Positions 40,584-54,000 of a DNA stretch of 64,000 bases are shown piece after piece. This stretch comes from Gordius albopunctatus (lineage: Eukaryota), in assembly GCA_964276515.1 (NCBI GenBank), contig OZ193909.1, positions 7,130,001 through 7,194,000 on the forward strand. Reading direction: 5' to 3'. Numbering within the stretch: the stretch's first letter is position 1; each line of letters opens with the position of its first letter. Both the position numbers and the translations under genes were made by a program. Below the pieces are notes generated by a model. That model saw nothing but the letters and a program-made list of their open reading frames with translations. It was not told the DNA's origin and searched no databases.

Positions 40584-41543
40584 CTCTTAGATATATTTAA
40601 ATCATCTAATATTTTAAGAGATCCACCTTGTTAATAAAATTAACAAAAGTTATTAATCACGACAGTTTTGTTTCAAAATGCGACACAAATTAACAAATAT
40701 TAAATTTCCTCTCTCATACCAAAACGTTGTGGGTGAAAGCCTGCCTATTTTTATGACACAGTCTGATAATGCATTAATCTACCTCGCGACACCTCCTCAT
40801 TTAATAGCCGATCAATCAAATACCTACCAACATTATGCTTGGTGGTGGTCTAAGTATACTCTCTCTATCTTGCTTCATTATAAACGATATCTTTAAAAAT
40901 ACGAGGACGAGAGAAAGATAAATCTTTAAATTTTTTATAGCATACGTATTCTTCTGTATTATGAACTATCTACTTTTTATAAAGCTTTGGTAATTACCCT
41001 TTACCCTTTTTTACGAATATGTTAACCACTAGCCTGGGCTATAAATTTAAATATAGACTATATTACACGCGACAAAATGTGACGATAAATTATGAATGTG
41101 CCTAAGGGCCTAGCTTGCCGACACTCTTTACATTTTGGGGTATTGAAATACGGAGCACGGCAGTAATATTATATGAATACGCTGACAAAATTTTTTTGAT
41201 ATATATGACATGATGATATTATGTTAATAAATGTAGGGTTTGAACGTAGTCATTGCTTTAATATTGTGGTATAACACAAATTGCAAAATATAAATAATGC
41301 CGTATATAAATTGGATGACCTAGACTTAGCATGATATTATTCCGACAAACTGATATATGATTTATGTAAATATAGTAAAAAGAGAGATAATTAAAAAGAG
41401 ATAACTTGATAAACACAAATTCGCTTTGATATTATAAAATAATTAACACTTAAAGCGCCAAAAAATTAATAATTAATAAAGTTTAACTGTTTCATGAATA
41501 TTTTACACGATTATAACGTCTAAAAATGTGCAATGTCATGATT

Positions 41544-41710
41544 CATGGGCGTAGTCAGGACTGGAATTAGAGGGGGGGGGCAATAATGTTTTAGGGAGGG
41601 GCAAAATGAACATTTTTCGAAATTTGTAGTCTTCATTTTAATGAATTTCAACAAATTTTTGGGTTTAAAGGGGGGCAGCCGCCCCTCGGCCCTCCCTACC
41701 TACGCCCTTG
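41544..41710. mobile_element. Second, inverted copy of the 37287 MITE
   Basis: catgggcgtag / ctacgcccttg termini and shared interior; TSD 6/8. Confidence 0.8.
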
Positions 41711-42056
41711 CCATAATTTATTTAAATATAATGAAATTTTTATCAAATAATTAAAGTCGGCTTCGAGTTAAATTCTGTATGCCAATAATATTTAACACTA
41801 TCAAAGAATGTAACCTCAAATTTCTGTCTATGTAACCTAAATACAAAAAAGGCAGTTATATTAATTGCTATCCAATTTATATTAAATCCCCCTCCCCCAT
41901 CTTTAAGACATCCATGAATACAAGCAATAAAATATTATAGACCTTTCCGTCTTAAAAATTAAATTTGACAAAATATACAATAATAGGCATATACACGGCA
42001 CCATTTTTTCCAGACAAATATGGCATTTTACAAAATATATCAAAATGAACGGTATT

Positions 42057-45000
42057 TTAATGTGTGGCTATAAGTTTCAAAAATGGATCCAAGGTAAACT
42101 CCTTTCCATCGAAATTTTTTATAGCTTCCCGTTGTTTAACCACAGCACCAACCGATAGGTATTGTTGCAAGAGTCTAAGATTTATATTAAAAATATATTT
42201 TGATAAAAATGAAATAATTTTTGAAAATATTTATAATTAATGTATAGTATATTGCCCTTATGCAGGGTGGAAATGGCTATTAAATTCGTGTTAAAGATTT
42301 CTTTAACCCATTAAGATCGGACACTATTTTGAGAAAAGTCCCTTCTTTTACGAAAAAAAGAAGCCAATTAATTAGCAAACATAAATAAATTAGTTTATAA
42401 TGTAAATCCCATCTTATGCTCTAATAAAAACTAATTTGACTAAATATGGTATTTTTGAATATGATATACTCGACCGTAGGTTTTAATGGGTTCCCGATTA
42501 ATAGTAAGAGACTTCCATTAATAGTAACATTGCTTTGATGGGAGGGGGCATTAGTGTATCGTGTATCAATCGTGTTAAATTTAACATTTTTTTGGATAAA
42601 CTAACTATTGAGAACATAATAGCCATATCCCAATAAATATGTGATCATTTGATAAAAAAATAAAAATATGCCTTATTATAATAATATAATTACCGCTTCC
42701 CAATTTCCCTAATTTGCTCCGACCCTTTCAGCTGAAATTGGTTGTCGGGAGAAGATTTCTCGTGATTGACAAAAGCGTAAAATAGTTGAGCCGCTATCGC
42801 CTTTTACGAAAGGAAGCAAAAATTAAAAATACGCAAAAATCATTCTCGAGCAGAGTCCTGTAGATTCAAGGTTAATTAAGCAACTCCGGAACCAAAATAA
42901 AATTTGAAATTTTTACTTTACCCCGACTCAAAAACTAATAGAAATTTTCATTTAACAAAATTTAACTCAAGACACAAGTAAACTGCAACACTAATATTAG
43001 TGAAGCTAACAATTTCAATGGACGCAAATCTTTGCACTGCGATTACATTTAAAAATTTTTATTACATAGTGATGTCACCTCTCGTAATAAATTTTCGCAC
43101 TCCAGAAAACTCTAATTTCATTGAAATATCTTAGCATTTAAATCACCTGCGACCATAGCTTGGAGTAATAATTTGCAGCCATATCTCCCACAAAAATGGC
43201 CGTACACGAGGCTAAAGGGTTTAGGTGGCGGGCCATATTGAAAGGGTTGTATCGGGACCACAGGTTGTTGAAAGCATCGAGGTAATATATATTTCTACCA
43301 TACAATACAATGGGAGAAGATAAAAGCTATTTGCGACAAACAATAGTGAGTCGATGAAAAACAAATCATTTTTAAAATGTATACGACGTATATATGAGAA
43401 TTAAAAAGAAGAGATTAATTTTTTGCGTTTAAAAGTTTGATATGTTTCGGGGGATGGCAAAATTACTTTGAATGTATTTCGACATCGATGTGGCTGTAAA
43501 ACAGATCGGATAACAATGATACACCTACCATATAACTCATTTCTATAATAAACAACGAAAATAATTTAACGTCATATTGAATGTCAAAAAGGTATTTCGA
43601 ATATTTTTAATGTAAGATGCCAAAAAATTAAAAGTCATAACCAGAATCTCACTCAGGGGGAAAAAGTTTATTTCTTATATGCGCGTTACGTTGGGGTTTG
43701 TTGAATATATCAAGCTTGCAATTTACTAATAGTTTTTAGGTTAAGATTGAAGTAACCTTTGATACAATCGACTTCTTTTATAATAAAAAAATTAAATCAT
43801 TGATTTGTTAAACACTCAAGAGGAGAGGCAACTGGCCAGATCAATTATTCTCTGATATATTTTTTGCAAAGCAATTACTTTATTTAAAAAATTTAAATGT
43901 AGATTCTTATTATTTTTGCAAAACATTATTCCTAAAACTCAGGTCAAAACATTTTCACCAGTTACAAGAATTTATAAAAACAAGGTTCAATCATTCTTGC
44001 ATTTCACTTTGAACTCTATTTCAGTTTAATTAAGTACCTTCAAAATACGAAAAATTGATAATCCCAAAATAGTTGGTCTGCCAAAGTCCTGGGTAGATAG
44101 CCTGTATAAAATTGGAAACCAATCTGGGGTGGAGTAGGGTAAAAAGTTTCAAATTCGTTTTAGGCCGTAATTAGGGTCATTCGCTATAAACCTACGAGTG
44201 GTCAAAGGAGCATCAAACTGTCTCCAGCAATAACATATTTTTCGATCGGGTCGGGTTGCAAAATTCGGACATTTAGCAATTACAGAATTTAACATAGAAA
44301 AACGAGGAAATTCTCAGTGTTGGGAAGCGGCCATATACCCGATATTAAATCTCGAACTATGCCGTTCTCGTGATCGGAATCCGTAGAGGGGTTTGCAATG
44401 TTTTTGGTGTCGCAACTGCCCCGCTTCGTTGGATAAATAGTGATGAGACGGCTCAGCACTTCTGGACAACGCAGCCAAAGCTTGAAAAAATGTGCACACA
44501 CGTTTTCACAATCTTTTTCCACGTAATTCAGACCGGCCACCTCGCTGTAAGGGACCGTGGTGAGTAGGTGAGGCAAGGTTCTACCAAACTTGCACACGGT
44601 TAACATAATATGAAGTTACTATTCATCGTAAGGTTGTTTTGAGAAGGCCACCCCTCCGTGGTCCAAAAGTGATATATCAACATTCTACCCTACCTTTGAT
44701 TACTAATAATCTATATGCACCCCTTTCCCTTCTAATGGATAGGTTGCTGAGCTAGAGTTCGCTAAATAACACATTTCTATTATTTTTAGCTCAGCTAGTG
44801 CAAACATTGAATGATATATAGCCATAGAATGGCAGCTATTATACATGAATAATATATTTAACGTTTTCGGATTAAATATTAAAGGTGTCAAGATCAATAA
44901 TAAAGTGGCATTGCTATTGTTAAACTTTATGCGTTTATGTTAAATAAACAACACAAGTAGACTTATCTAAGATTAGTGTATATGTAAGTAGCGATTAAAT

Positions 45001-48000
45001 AGTTATTTTACCAAATTACTTGGTAAAAAAGTTCTTGCAACTGCGAAAAACTCATATACAAGCTGTTATTGGTTCCAGGCTTTAAGTCCATAGAGATTAT
45101 GGCATATGGGACGTCACCTCGAAGTTCGCTTTTATCTAGCACACAAATTACAATAACATTCTACAGGTTTTAAAGCTAATCATCTCAAATTATATTTGAT
45201 AACATAACTATAGTTAAGCCTTAATTAAAATACAAACGTTTTTAGGATGGACGAAATAGCCATATCTCAAATGGCTAAAGCCTTTTCCTGCAAAATCAGA
45301 TCATTTTCTAAGTTTATAAAATCATATTTTTTTAATATATTTAAAAAGCAAAAGTTATCCAATATTCACCCATTTTAGGATGTTTAATGGGAACGAAACA
45401 ACTTACTTTGCCCCAACTCGGCCCATACTCCAGACAGTTTATCGGTCGACTTACCCACCGGATCAATGTAAAGGTGAGCGATTAGGTTTTCTAATAAGAA
45501 AAAGAACATATTTTGACAATTTTTTTTATAGATTTCCCAAAATGTTTATAAAATAATATGAAAATGGCTTCAAAATAGATATCACATTTTCACAGTCAAA
45601 TTTTAAACGAGAGATGCCATGTGACCTCTTATAATCACCAGTAATTAAAACCTTAAAAAATTATGCCCTGTTAATGTTTTTTCACACAATTATTCTTAAA
45701 AGTATAAAATTTTTGGAAAAAACCTTCAACTATAAATAATTACTTGATTCATCGCGAATTTTATAGCATTCGAAATCCTCCAGTAATTCAGTCGGAGTTG
45801 GGGTCGTTTTCTATATGAAATTTATGGACAAAAATTTTTAAAGTAATTCTTTAAAAATGAATAACAAAAGCCAAAAACAGCGTTTTTTATTGATACCTCA
45901 AAGTTTAGACCGAACAGGTTTTGGCACAAGTCGAAAATTTTCCCTAACACGTGGTTGTATTCGAAACGGATTTTGGAATTGTAAGAACTATGACGAAATG
46001 AATTGATAAAAGCTAAAATAGGTTTTAACGAATAAAGATTTAGACTGATATTGTTAATATAAGACGAGTGACAATTTTTGACACCGCGATTTAATGACTC
46101 CTAACATAGCCATCTTGTTCAAACAAACCTAAATATTATCATAAAAGCTATAGCGGTAAAATGAATTTATTAATACTAGGTGAGGGTAGTAAATGGGCCC
46201 AAAAATATGTTGAAAAGTATGTTACAATTTGTGGTCTTTGTGGAGACGTGACCAAAACTGGATGTCCCAGGGTTCGAGGTCGGAAAACTTGGCGTCGTCT
46301 TTTTTCAACATAGTTAGCAAAGAACTTGTTTTGGAAGGCTTTATTGGTAACTCCGAATTCAGCTTAGATCCTTCTTCCACAAAGTCCGCCAATTCTTTTA
46401 ATTCTAACTGGGCAAGTGGGTGAGCCACAGTCCTTACCCTATGTACAACATTTGATGATAGCTCCCACTTTATATAGTCAGAGTTCAGATCGATGTATAT
46501 ATTATTTTAGGCCATTTTGTGTAAAGAGTCAATTTTACAAATTTAAAATAGGAGTAAATAAGAATAAATATCTCTTGTTATGCCTTTATTCGTAAATTAC
46601 TAAATGTCTTCTCATTATATACATTAACTCATTACTAAACCCTAATTTGGAAATGAATACTTCTACATAAATATTTGAGGTTTATATTGATGTAATTCTG
46701 TAAAATCACGTACAAAAAGTTAGGATAAAACTTTACTTCTTTTCTTTGTTAATAAAGATAAAGAAAAAATAGAAGTTAACCTAAATATGGGTTACAGAGT
46801 GAACTAATTTTACAAGCATTAAAGAACTGCCTAATCTACAGAAACGTATCGCATCATTTTATCATCTCAAGCAGATCACCTACCCATGGATCTACGACAA
46901 AATGATTATTTACTGTATTTAGTAATACCCTTATTTTATGGTTCCTAGTAGAGATATCAGGATTTCCAAGGGAAAATAAGGGAAATTCTAAAATAGCCCC
47001 ATGTAGGGTGAATCAAGAACTTAAAAAACATGAAAAACAACACATTTATCATTGATTTCAAAAAGATTTATGGAGAAATCAATAACAAACGGTTAAATAA
47101 TTTAATATATGCATCTAGAAAGTTTATGTCCTTTATGTATATAAACTAGTGATGTGTAAGTGAACGCGTTCACAAACGCTTTGAAATTTTATGAACGCGT
47201 TCATGAACGGCGTTCTTTTATTTTTTGGTGAACTTTGAACGTGAACGCGTTCCTTTTTTGATGAACGCGTTCGAATTCAACGTTCGTTCAATTTTAAAAA
47301 CCCTTTTTTGTTTTTATTTATTTGAAAATTAATGTCAATCCGAATTTTTAACAAAAAAGTATTATATTTTTTAATCAGCTGTTTTTCCTGTTTCCTATTA
47401 CCAATTCCGAAATACTTTTAACATACTATAACGTGCAAAAGAAGATAAGATTAAAGTTAATTAGTTTGATATTATTAATTATAGTTTAATTTATAGGTTA
47501 ATATGGACTAATATTATATCGTCGTCATCTTCAGATTCTGAATATTCAAAATCAGCAGATGAATTGAAATTGCCATGGCCAAAATATGAAAAATATTTTT
47601 CACTCGTTTCATATAAAAGATCAAATTCAATAATTAAAATGAACCTATAAAGAATAAACTTTTAGTGTTATTGAAAAAAGGTATTGAAACCTCTAGAATT
47701 GATAATGAAAGAGCTGTCAATTCCGAAATATCTTTTTTTGGCGAGGAAGTAGAGGGCGCATTGGAGGATGATATCTTGTCGCAATTTTTTGAAGCGAGGG
47801 ACAAAACATTAAAAGTTTTTAATAAATTTCCTCTTTTAAAAAATTTGTTTATTAAGTATAATACTCCAATCCCCTCATCTGCCTCTGTGGAGCAGGTTTT
47901 TAGTATAGCTAATGCTGTATTAACTGCCAAGCGTTCCTGCTTATAAGACGACAATTTTGAAAAACAATTATTATTAAAAATCAATAAGAAAATAGATTAT

Positions 48001-51000
48001 AATGATTTATAATTATATTGTCGAAATAAAACTATTATTTTTTATCATGGCTATTTATTGTATTAAAAAATATAAGACATTTATTTATATTAAATTTTAA
48101 AAAAAATTATCATAAAATTTTGAACGAACGTAAACGCGTTCCTTTTCTTTTTAGACGAACGTGAACGCGTTCGATTTTTGTCAATGAACGTTGAACGCGT
48201 TCCATTTTTTTACAAATGTTTACAGCACTAATATAAACAGATCAACGTTATTAGGCATGCGATTAAATTTTTGTTATATCTCCATCTGTAGAATCTGTGG
48301 ATGACATTGCATAATTATCGGGTGTTTATAGTCGGTTGATAAGGTGTAAATTGTATCTTATGGCCATAATTTTGCGTATTTTATTTTGTTATTAGCTAAT
48401 TTGTTCGTGAGTATAATGTAACTCATATGCGACCAAATTAAAATCTTGACAACAAAAATGGTACCTTATTTTAATTATATGATTTATTTTGCTGCTCTTG
48501 TAATACGATGACCCTTAGTTCAACAATTTGTAATTATATAAAATGCTTCGACTACACCGGACAAAAATGCTCTGTGTCCCCCTCTATCTGCAGTATTTTA
48601 GAAAATATAAGACCTAGCATGGACTTCCGTTATCCGACAAAATTTTCATCTTAAAAACTTTCATTAATTGCCATTTCTTGAAGAATAGCTTTATTCGAAT
48701 TTGAAATCAAGCTCTCAAACATTATAAGAACCCCACCCTATCTAGTAAGCAGAGGTGGGATTTTTTTGGAAATTTCTACCCGAACCCGGCCCGATACAAT
48801 TTTTTAACTTCATTGCCCGCCCAAATCGCCCGGCCCGAAATTTTAAATTTGCCCGTTATTCTCAATTGTAAGAGATCCCAAACTGAGGTCCGATTTGTTT
48901 AAATTTTTCTTTTTTACCCCCCCCCCCCTATTTTTACCCTCTTTCTCACCCCCCCCCTTGTTTTTCACCCTCCTTCTCACCAGGGGGGAGGGATAGGGAG
49001 TGATTTGCCCCTTCCCTTTTAACCCCCCTTATTTTTTACCCTCTTTCTCACCTTGGGAAGAGGGCAAATAATAAGGAGGGCCTAAATCACCCCCCCCCTG
49101 GGTGAGAAAGAAGGTAAAAAAAGTGGGAAGGGGGGGGGCAAATCATGTCCACCTAGTGATACAGAGGGTAAAAAGGGGAAAGGAGGAAATCACCCCCCAT
49201 CCCTCCCCCCTTGTGAGAAAGCGGGTAAAAACAGGGGGGGGGTCAAATTACACCCATCCCCCAGGTGAGAAAGAGGGTAAAAAATAAAAGGGGGGAGGGA
49301 GAAACCAACGGGACAAAAAAATGGAGGGGGACAAAGGTCTTAATTTATTTTTAAAAAATTGTATACCAATTAAAATATTATTTATAAAATGTATGCGCAA
49401 AATAAATTAATATCACAAATTATGAATTTATATTACTGAGCATTTTAGCAAAAATACTGATCATTATTAATTTACAGCTGAGATTTAAAGTTAATTTACT
49501 GATCAATTTTTAGTTTTTAACTGGGCACTTTAATAAAATACTGAGCACGTTTAACTGAGCATTTTTTAATTTATTACTGTGTATTTAAATACCATACTTT
49601 TTTAATTATGATGTTTTTCGAGATTTGGTCACGTAACATTATATAGATTTAGTAAATAAAATAAAATTGCTTAAAAATTTTATCTCGATTGACTTAAATA
49701 TGAAGTTCATGCTCCTTAAATTAGGAACTCTTAATTAAGATAGTAAAATAGTAAATTTATTTTTGGTGCCGCCAGGCCGTTTTACTATTTATACAATCTA
49801 AAATACATAAAATTCATACAATTATCCCTCTTTGTCCATAAAGAAACTATTAAAAAAATACAAGGTGTGTATATCACAGAATACCATAGATACGCAGGGA
49901 ATTTGAAAAATGTGTTATAAAAATATAACACAATGTAGATGGCAGCATATTTTTAAATACACATGCATTAATTCTATCAAATAAAATGATAATTTATTAG
50001 AGAGTAAAAATTTATAGATTACTAGCTGTACCCGGCCAAGCGTTGATTTGGCTTAGTGCCTAATTAGCTAAATAACAATGTAGAAACAAATATATATAAG
50101 CACATGAATAATCATGAATATCATTTTTAATATAATTAAAAAAATTACTACAAATATATATAATCACATGAATAATCATGAATTTAGCTAGCATTTACTT
50201 TAAGGTTAATTTTTCTATGAAAAAAAAAATAGAATGAGGGTAAGAAGTAAAGAACTGTGTATTCAAATTTTCAAAGAACCATGAGGTTGCGTTTGATTGA
50301 CATTTTATTAAACGTATAACATTATCAATATGTATGTATATCTATAATTATTCACACATATTGTCCTTATATAGTTTGAAATGTATATATGTAGTGCATA
50401 TATACTTTTGAATACATAGATGTGTTTAAATATATGTAATAACGATATAATTATGGTATACCACCTGCCCCCCCCTATATATTGTATATATTTATTTATG
50501 TAATGAAATCTTTTTAATTTGATATTTTAGATCATATGCCTAGTTTGTAAGTACTTTCTTTATTATCGGTTTTCCACATTATGCGTATGATTCAACTAAA
50601 TAACTTGACCGTCTTATGACTTAGAGAAGCCTAGGCTCAGACCTACCAAATATTCGCAGAAATTTCCATCTAACTCGGTCCAGCCGTTTCGGAGTAGTTG
50701 AGGAACAAACACCGTTTCATGAGAATTGTATATATTAGACTAGTTAAGCCGGGCAAACGTTGTTTTGCCATATACATTATGTCTAATTCGACAAAACTTC
50801 AGCCTTGTATGTATGACGTCATTATTGTATATGATGACATAAATGAAACTGGCCGGGAAATGTCCGATATTTTTAAAATGAAAAAGCTATTTTACACCTG
50901 GCCGCCCTGGGCATCTACGGCTAAATTTTCGCACGAAACGGGCAGGTAGTTTCAGAATTTAGCCCTTATCCACATACATACACTTTATATATATATATAT

Positions 51001-54000
51001 GTAATTTGCTATTAAGATAAATTTATTTGAACTATTTTTAATATACATATATGCTTAATAAAATTTTTATGTTAGAGACCATAATTTAGTCGTAAAATTA
51101 AGATATAAAAAATGAAGCATACTAGTTGAAACCTCGAGGTGACCTCACCTAGGACCTGAGGTTTTAAGGTTATTTATATGAAAAACCTTGAGGTCCTTAT
51201 AAACCTCAAACCTAACCTTGAGGTTAAGGTTTATAAAACCTCAGGTTTCCCCACCACTATGTCTAACATTAAAAAGTGCTATATATATTATTTTTTGTCT
51301 GAAAATGGTATATAAATATAAAAATATAACATTTTATCAAGTTGTCATAAATAAATAAACATTGTATATTAGTTTGAGGAGTTTATACCTTACAGTAAAT
51401 ATTATTGTAGCTTAGGATTAAATAGACTAAAAAATCAGATTAATAAACTTATATGTCTGTTTATAAAGTAACTGAATTAAAACTTTCTTTTTAATTTAAA
51501 ACAAATCATATTTGATATTTCATGTGTATGAAGTGTCATTTTATGAAAAATTGACTGTTTTTATAGCCCTACATAATGTTTGTTTTAAGATATTACATGA
51601 AGATTAATTTCATATACTCAAATTTAACCTTCTAAGATTTATTTCTATTGTAAAAATATAAAACTAGTTGAAAAATTATTTTAAAAATGTATTAAAAAGA
51701 ATAGAAAACTTTCTGTCTCAAAAAATAAAGGGTCGAAATTTGCTTTAGTTTAGACAACTCTATTTTTTTATTTTGAGGGTTTTTTAAGCAAAATGTAAAA
51801 AATCATAAATTTTTATTACCAATGTTCATTTATAAACTAACTTTTTTAAACTTTATCTTTTCAAACTAAAAAAAACTTTAATTTTAAACCAACAAAGCAT
51901 GTACACAAAATTCACTATTTTTAGAGCCTCATAAAATTTTTGTTTTAAGATTTTACGATTAGATTCTTTTCCTATTCTTAATTCTAACATTATATAATGT
52001 ATTTCTATTAAAAAAATTTAATTGAAGTCCAAAAATTAGAAAAATAATGGCTTAGAACAAGTAGTAACTTTTTGCCCTAAAAAAACGCAGGGCCAAAAAT
52101 TCCCTAAGTTTGGACATCTCTATTATTTTTATTTTTAGGTTTTTTTATGCCAAATTTTTTATAGTTTTAGCTCCAACCTTATTTTATATGATCTTATAAA
52201 TTAAATTATGGAATTTGAGGGAAAAAATTGTTATGAATAAATATAGTCACATAGGGGGAAATTTTGCGGGTTGCACTAATTGTAATTATAAAAGTATAAC
52301 CCCTTGTTCAAATACCCAAAGTAATATATCAATTTACAGATAGGAGTTGTACTTGTAGTATTATGCTTTTAAAATTTGAAAAGTTTATATTACAATACAG
52401 CAAAGTCATAGCTATTTAAAGTTTGGGGTTTTTATGACCCCCTTTACCATCCGTGTTAGGATTTTTACCAGGCCAAAGGAGTGTTAATAAAGCCAAGAAT
52501 ATTTTCCAATATCTAAAGCAAAATGCAATTCTTAAATCAAATTTTTAAAATTTTTTATAGTATGTACAGATGGCGCTAAAGCTAAAATTTATCCACCGTA
52601 ATTCTGTCTTAATTTTTCCATATATAACAAAGTGATGTGAATGATAAAAAAGTATTATTTAAGAGTGGTTAAGAAAATATAACCGATAGATCAACAACCC
52701 CCCCAGGAAACAATAAATAAAAAGTTTTCTCTCCCCTGCATTCCCCGACAAACTCTTTACCTGCAATTCGTTATTTACGTTTACTTTCCATCGATTGTAA
52801 AACAAAACTACAATTTAGATAAATCTTCTGCAAAAAATATCTCCACACACTTAGTAAGTTAGTTAATTTGTCAGACATAATGTATATGGCAAAACAACGT
52901 TTGCCGGGCTTATCTAGTCGATTATAAAAGAAAAACAATTGCTTAAGGAAAGTCAGTTTCATTGAAAGTTCCTGGCCTTACTAGCAGAGACCAGAAATGC
53001 CCGGCCCGGCAGTGCAACTGTCCTAAATTTTAATTTTCGGGCGGGCACGCTGATAAGATTCGGTCATAAATCCTAGTAAATTATCTTGTTACTTTTTTAT
53101 TAGATTGTATATCGCGTTCGCCAAAGATGCCACCCCCCATGTTAAATCTTTCCCCTACTCCATTTCTTTCAGATCCGTATCTACGTTTATGGAAAGGATG
53201 GAATTATTTATATTTATGTAGCCATTTCATTGTTCGCAATACACATGTGTGCCGTCTAGAGACCTGCAAAATCAATTTTTTAAGGCCCGGCCCGGAATTA
53301 AAAATAGGGAAAAGGCCCGGCCCGGGTCCGGAATTTTTAGAATTGCAGGAATTTAATCAAACTCAATTTTTATAAAATTTTTAATTAAAAAATAAAACGC
53401 AGGTAATATAATTATAAATCGATAATTGAACTATTTTGGATGCAAAAAACATAGGCATCAAAAATTTTCGTGTTTAAATTTGTTCTTCGGTCTTAATAAA
53501 TCCAGCCCGCTAACGAAAAACACCTCTCACTCTAGGCAAATGAAGCAGGTGTCGAAAAATCTTAAAAAAAGGGAGTTAAGCGCTAGAAATTGACCACTGT
53601 GGTCTTTCCACAACACCTTTGAATTTCGAATCAAATCAAATATTTTTAGTATTCGATTCGGATTCGATAATTCTATTTGAAAAAATATTAAATTCGAGAC
53701 GTCGAATATTAAAATAAGGATTCGAATTCGATTCAAAAAAAATTTAAAGATTCGAATATTTTAAAAGTTTTTTAATTTCTAAATATCGCTATAAATGAAT
53801 TTATTCATTAAAATGCAATGATTGAATATAAAAATATTAAAGAAGTATAAAATATGGATATTTTAGTTAGTCTTTATTTGTTATATACAAAAACTTAGAC
53901 GATGAATGCAGGTTGCAAATTCGATGATTTTGTATGGTCCCAAACCATTAACTTATTTTTATTCTTCGGTATCAAGATTATTTAAATTAATATAGTCTCT

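Noticed and set aside
44589..44606. MLTVCK from the ORF track as part of the M3 motif
   Set aside because: In-frame stops lie just upstream and an AG acceptor precedes FGRT, so these codons are intronic.
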